A stretch of 62,582 bases of DNA, filler included. It is 7 parts of 7 records of this genome, joined end to end, with 100 filler letters (N's around TTAATTAATTAA, not from the genome) between each part and the next. Parts side by side here need not be neighbours in the genome. Positions count along the whole stretch, not along the records: positions 56,376 to 62,582 come from SRR31156797_11684; 6 more parts are not named here. One strand, 5' to 3'. The position numbers were made by a program, and so were the translations under genes. The notes under the pieces are model-generated. The model was not told the DNA's origin. It saw only the letters and a program-made list of their open reading frames with translations, and did no database searches. Positions 60,306 through 62,582 of this stretch are shown one piece after another; positions within the stretch are counted from its first letter, which is position 1; every line of letters begins with the position of its first letter.

Positions 60306-61319
60306 ATGGAGTTTTTTACCGACAAAGGTACTTTACTAAAGAAACTATATGATATTTCAAATCCTATTATTAAATACAGAATTGATAAAGAATTTTATCA
60401 AAAAGACAATATCACACTTAATCAGTATTTGGAACTTGAGAATCCTAATTTGAATTATTGGTTAAATGTTTTTCAAACTAATAAATTCCACGGGAGAAAT
60501 GATTATTTTTTTGAAAATTCAATTGCTAAATTATTAGAATTTGGTCTAACAAAAGACGATGAAATATTTAATAAAAAGTTTTCTTTTTTATTAAAAGCTG
60601 ATTATTGGAAAAGTGATAATTCTTTCGAGGAAAATTTAAACTGCGAGATTTTGTATCCTTTCCTCATTCGCGCTGGCTATTGGAATAACGAAAATGTTAA
60701 AAATGAATTTAATAGAAGGCTTGAAAAAATTGAAAAAACAATAAAAAAATACAATTATGATTTTAAATCTGATTTAAATAAAGGTCCTAAAAAATTTAGA
60801 GATGAATTTATTTTTAAAATCAATAGTAAAACAGAATTATTGCCTACTATATATGATTTATATGCCTTTGCATTTTACCCCAAAACTGATCTGAGATTTT
60901 TTAAACGAATTGAAAAAGTTGTTTCATATATTTTGGATGAAAGATATCAAAGCATTCCTACAAAAGCATATATTAATGATTTGGTCAAAAAAAGATACTA
61001 CGCTGCTGGAAATGTTTATCATGCATGTATGATAGAAGAAAGAAAACTACTAACTCTTTTCTTATTATCACATTTTAAAGTAGCTGTAAATAACCCTATA
61101 TTTAATAATGAATTAAATCAATTACTTTCTAGTCAAAGAGCTGATGGCTTTTATGAACTGGATAAAGCTTTAATTAAGGAACAAAAAAATAAATATTACA
61201 TTTACTCTGGCGGTCATATGGGGTTAGGCGAGAAAAGAGTAGGAAAAAAATGGAGAAAAATCGAGTCAACATTTTGGATACTTAAAATTTTACATAATAT
61301 AGATAAAAATAAAGGTTAA
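60306..61319 (+). CDS. Hypothetical protein
   Basis: 337-aa ORF with a GGAGG RBS. Confidence 0.75.
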   Translation: MEFFTDKGTLLKKLYDISNPIIKYRIDKEFYQKDNITLNQYLELENPNLNYWLNVFQTNKFHGRNDYFFENSIAKLLEFGLTKDDEIFNKKFSFLLKADYWKSDNSFEENLNCEILYPFLIRAGYWNNENVKNEFNRRLEKIEKTIKKYNYDFKSDLNKGPKKFRDEFIFKINSKTELLPTIYDLYAFAFYPKTDLRFFKRIEKVVSYILDERYQSIPTKAYINDLVKKRYYAAGNVYHACMIEERKLLTLFLLSHFKVAVNNPIFNNELNQLLSSQRADGFYELDKALIKEQKNKYYIYSGGHMGLGEKRVGKKWRKIESTFWILKILHNIDKNKG

Positions 61320-61325
61320 GACAAA

Positions 61326-61415
61326 TCAAGTTGAAAAAATAATGATAAACAAATAAAACACCTCACTCACATTTAGTTGTATCAATATTATAGTACAAAC
61401 GTGTGCGCAAAGCAA
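61326..61415 (-). promoter_or_regulatory. Orphan consensus promoter plus RBS leading to an 8-codon ORF
   Basis: TTGCTT (61415-61410), 17 bp, TATAAT (61392-61387); GAGGTG (61364-61359); TTG at 61352 and TGA ending at 61326. Confidence 0.45.
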
Positions 61416-61534
61416 GAAGAGATTGAATTATTCAACTAGTTGATTGTTGAAATATATATAAGTTGTGCTATAATTACTAAGAAGCGAACAGATTAATTTA
61501 CAAAATAACTAAAACATAAAAGGAGAAATCAAAA

Positions 61535-61933
61535 ATGAAATTACATCACTTATGCATTCAAACAGATAAATATAAAGAATCATTAGAGTTTTATACGAAG
61601 ATTATGGGCTTTAAGCTTGTCAAAGAGACTGAAAATTTTCATTCCAGATATTATAATACATGGCTTGAATTAGACGGATTAATGATAGAGCTGCAAACTA
61701 ATAAAGTAGATCAGGATTTGAAAGAGTTCTCTAATTCCAGTAAGGGAATTGTTCATTTTTGCTTTCAAGTAGATGATCTTGAAAATGAGTATAATAGAAT
61801 CAAAACTCTTGGCTACAATAAATTTAAATCAAAAAATGGAACTGATATCTATATTGTAGAGGGTGGAAAACTATTCAAATTAATTGCACCGGAAGGAACA
61901 ATTATTGAATTTAGAGATAATCCTGGTATTTAA
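61535..61933 (+). CDS. VOC/glyoxalase family protein
   Basis: HHLCIQT...FY...IEL...HFCF...PEGTIIE. Confidence 0.9.
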   Translation: MKLHHLCIQTDKYKESLEFYTKIMGFKLVKETENFHSRYYNTWLELDGLMIELQTNKVDQDLKEFSNSSKGIVHFCFQVDDLENEYNRIKTLGYNKFKSKNGTDIYIVEGGKLFKLIAPEGTIIEFRDNPGI

Positions 61934-61977
61934 TTACAAGTTTACTTGAAAAGTATAGAATGTGAGGTTAGTATATT

Positions 61978-62505
61978 ATGAAGAGAAAGAATGAAATAGT
62001 TGATTATGTAAAACCATATTACGAAGAAAAAGATACAATGCATAACATGTCTCATATTAACAGAGTTATTAACAAAGCGAAAGAGTTAAGTGGAAATTAT
62101 AAAATAGATTTTGATGTAATAGAATTGGGAGCATACTTTCATGGAATAATTAATACTCAGGAAAATGAGATTATAGAATTTTTAAATAAATTAGAATTAA
62201 ACAATGATAAAATAAACAGCATAATTGAGATAGCAAAAGCTTCACATAAAGACAGAATTCCTCATAGTATAGAGGGGAAAATTCTACATGATGCGCATAT
62301 ACTTGAAGGAGGAAAATACTTCCAAATAGTTAAATCATTAGTAACAGGGAGTGCAAGGCAGCAATCACTTGAGGAAACGATTAATTATTTCAGTGAGAAT
62401 ATAATTGGTAAATTTAATTGTTATTTACCTGAGAGTAAAAAAGAGTTAGAGGAGAAAGAGAAGTATTCCAGAGAGATTTTAGTGGATATTCAACAGAGTT
62501 TATAA
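61978..62505 (+). CDS. HD-domain-like protein
   Basis: HNMSHINRV, AYFHG and ILHDAH. Confidence 0.75.
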   Translation: MKRKNEIVDYVKPYYEEKDTMHNMSHINRVINKAKELSGNYKIDFDVIELGAYFHGIINTQENEIIEFLNKLELNNDKINSIIEIAKASHKDRIPHSIEGKILHDAHILEGGKYFQIVKSLVTGSARQQSLEETINYFSENIIGKFNCYLPESKKELEEKEKYSREILVDIQQSL

Positions 62506-62582
62506 AAATAGAAATACTTTTTTTGAGAAAAGAGTATTTAGAAAAATTGCTTGAAATTATAATGATTGTCTAAATCTAAAGC

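Noticed and set aside
56755-62505. Integron-like cassette array in the last contig
   Set aside because: The genes are co-oriented and heterogeneous, but no attC-like or other repeated intergenic element was found.

Overview
The window is a concatenation of seven unrelated contigs joined by 100-bp N/TTAATTAATTAA linkers, so ORFs crossing a linker are artefacts. Contig 1 (1-6494) looks Desulfobacterota-like. It has an AT-rich accessory stretch, then a divergent catabolic locus: an EthD/REDY-like protein, an acyl-CoA dehydrogenase and a receiver protein on the minus strand, and an aromatic-type aldehyde dehydrogenase on the plus strand. Three of its leaders each carry a dual-hexaloop ANTAR-type antitermination element overlapping an intrinsic terminator; this is the top finding. 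Contig 2 (6595-16558) has sdhAB, cheA(hybrid)-cheW-cheB-cheR, mscS and an HTH-PTS IIA protein. Contig 3 (16659-28247, high GC) has an echABCDEF hydrogenase operon, an ABC transporter/metallophosphoesterase block bounded by a 20-bp direct repeat, a Fur box and a FecR-domain protein. Contig 4 (28348-37778) is almost entirely one ~9.4-kb putative tRNA-targeting integrative element, with a tyrosine integrase, SF2-like helicase, serine recombinase, RNase H1 and other cargo. Contig 5 (37879-45974) has a CoA-activase, a Lon-type protease and a merR gene broken at a GTTAGGG site. After the break lies a decayed integron-like cassette array (HNH, GNAT, ASK1-like DUF4071/TPR protein, attC, methyltransferase). 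Contig 6 (46075-56275, low GC) has a transporter, GntR, a HAD hydrolase, hflX with an apparent ATA start, an MCP with a LacI-type operator, a hydrolase, an omptin and tctC. Contig 7 (56376-62582, low GC) is a run of small accessory genes. No CRISPR array, rRNA or complete tRNA was seen. All calls are by-eye pattern recognition without database searches.
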